Assembly: GCA_020536535.1 (NCBI GenBank) | Contig: JAHLWZ010000829.1 | Coordinates: 1 to 64,000, forward strand | DNA from: Pelomyxa schiedti | Taxonomy: Eukaryota; Protista; Evosea | Direction: 5' to 3' | DNA: 64,000 bases | Part shown: positions 60,576 through 64,000 of the stretch, piece after piece | How positions within the stretch are numbered: position 1 is the stretch's first letter | Layout of the letters: each line of letters starts with the position of its first letter | The notes under the pieces: model-generated | Databases searched by the model: none | Seen by the model: the letters and a program-made list of their open reading frames with translations, nothing else | What the model was told of the DNA's origin: nothing | Translations under genes and position numbers: made by a program

Positions 60576-63299
60576 TCAGTGACCTCCGGAGGAGCCACTC
60601 CTGGTCTTGTGGTGCCTGCTGGAATCCGACTTGGTGTGAGGCCTCTTCTCCGAGGACGCCGGGGCGTCGTCGGCCGGCTCTGGCGACTTGGTGGACGACG
60701 CTGTCTCAGTGGCCGGGCTCGAGGCTGAACTCTTGGCCTTGCCTCCCTTTGCTTTGCTCGACGACGCCGCCGCGAGCTTCTCCTGAAGGACGTGCGTCAT
60801 TTCCACGTTCTCCTCCTCCAGCCTCTCGCTGAGTACGTTGAGTTGCTCGATGAAGGGAAGCGCCGATATCTTCTCAGCCAGAGCTCCGGCGGCTTCGTTT
60901 AGGACCTCTATATCGGTGGAGCTTCCATCCAAGTACTTTTGCCACCTTTGTGTGCATTTAGTTGGGGGCTACCTTGTTTCACATGCGAGGAGAGAGTTGT
61001 ACCTATGAAGGTCTTCGAGGTGTTGATCCAAGTTTCTTCGCAGCACTGCCAAGCCTCTTGTGTTGACTCTAAATTGCTCCTTGTGCTCATTCAGTTGATT
61101 CTCGGTCTTCTCCTTTTGTACAGTCTCCTTCTTGAGATTTGACTTTAATGACTCTACCTAAAAGGTATTTAGTATCCACTAGCCCCTTTGGTGGAAACGG
61201 CACCTCTGTTTCAACTTCCTGGAGATGCTCTTCCAACAAAGCTTTCTTTTCTACAAGAGATCGCGTCTTCTTTTCCTCAGTAGCGAGTTGTTCCGTCAGC
61301 ACCTTTTCACCACCTTCCTTTGCTTGGACGGCTTCAGTGAGTGAAGCCACCTTGTTTTGAGCTACTATTAACTCTTCCTTGACGGCCTTGAGTTCAGCAG
61401 CGAGTTTCTTGTTTTTGGCTTGTTCAGCATCACATAACTGTTGAATGGCTTCGATCTACAAGTAAGTGTCAGTAAGGTCCTTCAAGATACAGTAGTCGTA
61501 CTTGCTCAGCTAATTGATTATTCCTTTCCTCTAATGTTTGTGTTTTGGCGAGGAGATTATTTCTTTCTGCCTCCACAGCCATCAAGTTTTGCCGAAGGAG
61601 AGCTATTTCTCGTTCCTGAGTTACGAGTCAGCGAGCATCCATTCTTAAGAGCATACCTTCTCTTCCAAGACTCGTTGCTGTGCCAGGAATTGTTCACGGA
61701 GGGCAACTAATTCCTCATGGGTTGTGTCCCATTTCTTCTTCTCCTCTTCGATTTGGATGCTTTAAAGAATTATTTACAAAGTTTGCAGACTGTGAACCAA
61801 ACTTGGCCTGAGCTAAATTAGCCGTAAGGTCATAATTCATCTTCACAAGCTCATCTCTGCTCTTTTTCTCCAGTTCTCCTCTCTCTGTGACCTCATCAAG
61901 TTTATTGGCGATATCGTTCATTTGTTTTTTATTGGTTATGGCCGAGTGAAACAAGCTGGTGTAGAGAGCAAGAGCTCGATCATCAACCTAAACAATATTA
62001 GAAAATCATGGGTACAAGGTTAGCCTTACAGTTCCCTCAAGAATCTCATCAATATCCAACAGTCTTGAAATACCCATTTTTCTTTCTGCATGAGTCATTA
62101 CAAATTCCAACACGTCGCGGGTGTCCATCTGAGAAAGGATTACACGGCAAAGCTCAACCAAGTGATTAGTGTACAGCTAAAAGTTCCTCCCAGGTGTGTC
62201 CCAAAATATCTGGGTCATAATGGTGGCACAAGGCAGCAAAAGCGAGACCGTTTGAGAAGCTAACATAATCTCAGCAAAAGGGAATATAAAATAGGTAACA
62301 GCAAACCTGGTCCTGTAGTTGGTGATAGTAACTCCCGCGTAACTGTAAGTTTGGTGAGAAGGACAAACGCCTGTGAAAACATAAGACAAAGGAATTACCC
62401 AGCTGTTTGAGTCTTGACCCATTCCAACAGCATCTCCTCAGGACCTTAGGGCACAAGTAAGAGTTCATGAACCATCCACATAGACACGGATGCAAACCTG
62501 CTTTACCACTTCCAGTCCTTGTTGTAGAGGTAACAACTACATTCATTCGGAAACGGCGATAAAGAGTCCACAAAAGACCCAGAATGTTTCTCAAATCCTT
62601 ATGAGCATCAACAATGTCTATAAGTAACGGTAAGTTTAAAACAAATGAGACTACAAAAACGCCCAATGACAAGAGCAAAAACGGCACGCTGGAAAGCATA
62701 AAAGCAACTCTAACACCAACAAGAACAAAAGGGAAAATAAACTGTACTTTCAGCAGCATATCCACATTGTGCAGTATTAATCCCGGTCTCCCTCTCCAAG
62801 TGACGGAGAGCCAAATGGCAGTTTGTTACTTTTTGAATCCTTGTTTTTGGGCTGCTATCATAGCGCTCACGCATTTTACTTCCTGTGAGAAGCTCAAAGA
62901 AGTTGATGATGAGGATTCCGTCCTCGAGGTCAGTTCGTAAGTCGGTCACTGTCATTTGACGTTTTGCAAGAGTTTGAGCCATCCATCCAGTGAAGGCCTG
63001 TTTTAATTACGGGATTGAGAATGTACGACAATGAAATATGTTTAAGGCAATGTAACCTTCTCTTGGATGATTTGCCACTACATAGAGTTAGAATGAGTGA
63101 ATTCTTTGGTGTTAAGAGGTAACCTTCTCCTCTTTTCTCGTTTTAGTTGTCGTAGTTGCCTAAAGTGAGGAAACCAGAAAAGAAGAAAATTAAAAAAGTG
63201 AAAACAACCAAAGAGCCAAGAAAAAAATAATTACAAACTAGCTCGAACAGAAAGCAACAAAAAAAAGTGTCTTGAATGAATGAAAGGAAAGGTCACCAT
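60576..63299 (-). CDS. ctxA: Cortexillin (tandem CH actin-binding domain, coiled coil, C-terminal bundling region); ctxA/B/C paralog not resolved
   Basis: WQIIQEKAFTGW, ILGLLWTLYRRFR, LALYTSLFHSA, LEKKSRDELVK and KWQKY...ALPFIEQLNVLSERLEEEN are colinear with remembered Dictyostelium cortexillin I. Confidence 0.88.
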
Positions 63300-63791
63300 C
63301 AATTACGGCTGGGGCTTTGTTCTTCTCTTGGTTTTTTTTGTTTTTTTGTCTTGTTTTCGTTTGTTTTTTGTTTTTCTCGCGAAAAGCAAATTTCTTTTTC
63401 TGGGTCGGTGCCCGGGGTAGTGTGAAAGGAAAAAAGTTACCATAAAAAGTGTTGGATTTTTATGAACTCAATCACCGGCCACACCCAGCCACAGCCACAC
63501 AACCCAACGTTTGAAGTCCCACAGCCGTCTCTTAGTAGTTAAAGCTCACCCGGATGAGCCAATTCAGGTCAGGGAACCATCTGTTCCCCGTACCCTGCTT
63601 CCGCTATGTTCGTGGTGCTACGCAGATAGTTGTGTCTTTCGGCTGCCTCTTCGCTCGAGTTACTTTCTTGGGCAAGACCTCATAAACGTGTAAAGAAAGG
63701 CGAAAGTTAAAAAGCTGAAACAAAAATCAACAGCCGGCCGTGGTTTTGGTGCTGCTGCGTAGTTACACACCGTCGGTGGTCCTTGGACTAA

Positions 63792-64000
63792 ATGGCAGCC
63801 TCATCAGGATCTCTTCCCAACTTGGACGTGGGCTACGTTCTACACACTGCCCTGCGCCTCGAGCTCGAGAAACTTCAGCAGTACACTGACGAGCTGCAGG
63901 AAAAACAGAGGAAGTACCAGGCCAAGTTGGCTCTCCTCACTGCACACCAACTCCAAGTTGCTCCTGTTCTTTCATTTTCCTCAATGCCCGTTTCTTTACG
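63792..64000 (+). CDS. 5' part of a hypothetical coiled-coil protein, truncated by the window edge
   Basis: ATG 63792 gives MAASSGSLPNLDVGYVLHTALRLELEKLQQYTDELQEKQRKYQAKLALL, then an intron-like pyrimidine-rich tract. Confidence 0.5.
   Translation, partial: MAASSGSLPNLDVGYVLHTALRLELEKLQQYTDELQEKQRKYQAKLALLTAHQLQVAPVLSFSSMPVSL

Noticed and set aside
63500-63700. RNase P/MRP-like words (GAAGTCCC, CCAATTCAG) and small hairpins in the divergent spacer
   Set aside because: The P4 pairing is incomplete, the CR-V consensus is not met and the span is too short; it is treated as promoter or UTR.
1-64000. CRISPR arrays, tRNA/rRNA/snRNA genes, transposase or reverse transcriptase ORFs, Introner-like repeated introns
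   Set aside because: No regularly spaced repeats, conserved RNA motifs or TE domains were recognised, and the introns examined share no sequence beyond splice signals. A covariance-model scan could still find small RNAs.

Overview
Gene-dense eukaryotic genomic window with about 20 tightly packed genes. Most are split by many short (about 40-70 nt) GT-AG introns and separated by short spacers rich in poly(dA:dT). Gene content (cortexillin, a TirA-like RCC1-ankyrin-TIR protein) points to an amoebozoan. The intron style and one orphan repeat family are consistent with an archamoeba such as Pelomyxa; this is inference and was not checked by any search. Recognisable genes, in order: SR/RRM-like protein, a roughly fourfold enlarged ribosomal stalk P2-like protein, BSD-domain protein, V-ATPase subunit a, giant coiled-coil protein, secreted DUF4434-like glycoside hydrolase, DNA cytosine methyltransferase, Nup37-like WD40 protein, CLP1, C2-patatin phospholipase, fibrillarin, TirA-like protein, CDP-DAG synthase, ankyrin-actin fusion, orphan ankyrin-like repeat protein, calmodulin-like protein, PAS adenylyl cyclase, GPI-type surface protein and cortexillin. 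Best leads: (1) a chromomethylase-architecture methyltransferase (BAH plus a chromodomain embedded in the catalytic domain) outside plants; (2) an in-frame ankyrin-array plus actin-fold fusion, with every splice junction traced by hand; (3) a 414-aa P2-like protein with two C-terminal-type motifs; (4) a 129-bp-arm hairpin enriched in G-U pairs, inside a strongly CpG-depleted block of about 3.8 kb. All exon models and family assignments are manual and rest on remembered motifs. No tRNA, rRNA, CRISPR array or intact transposon could be supported.
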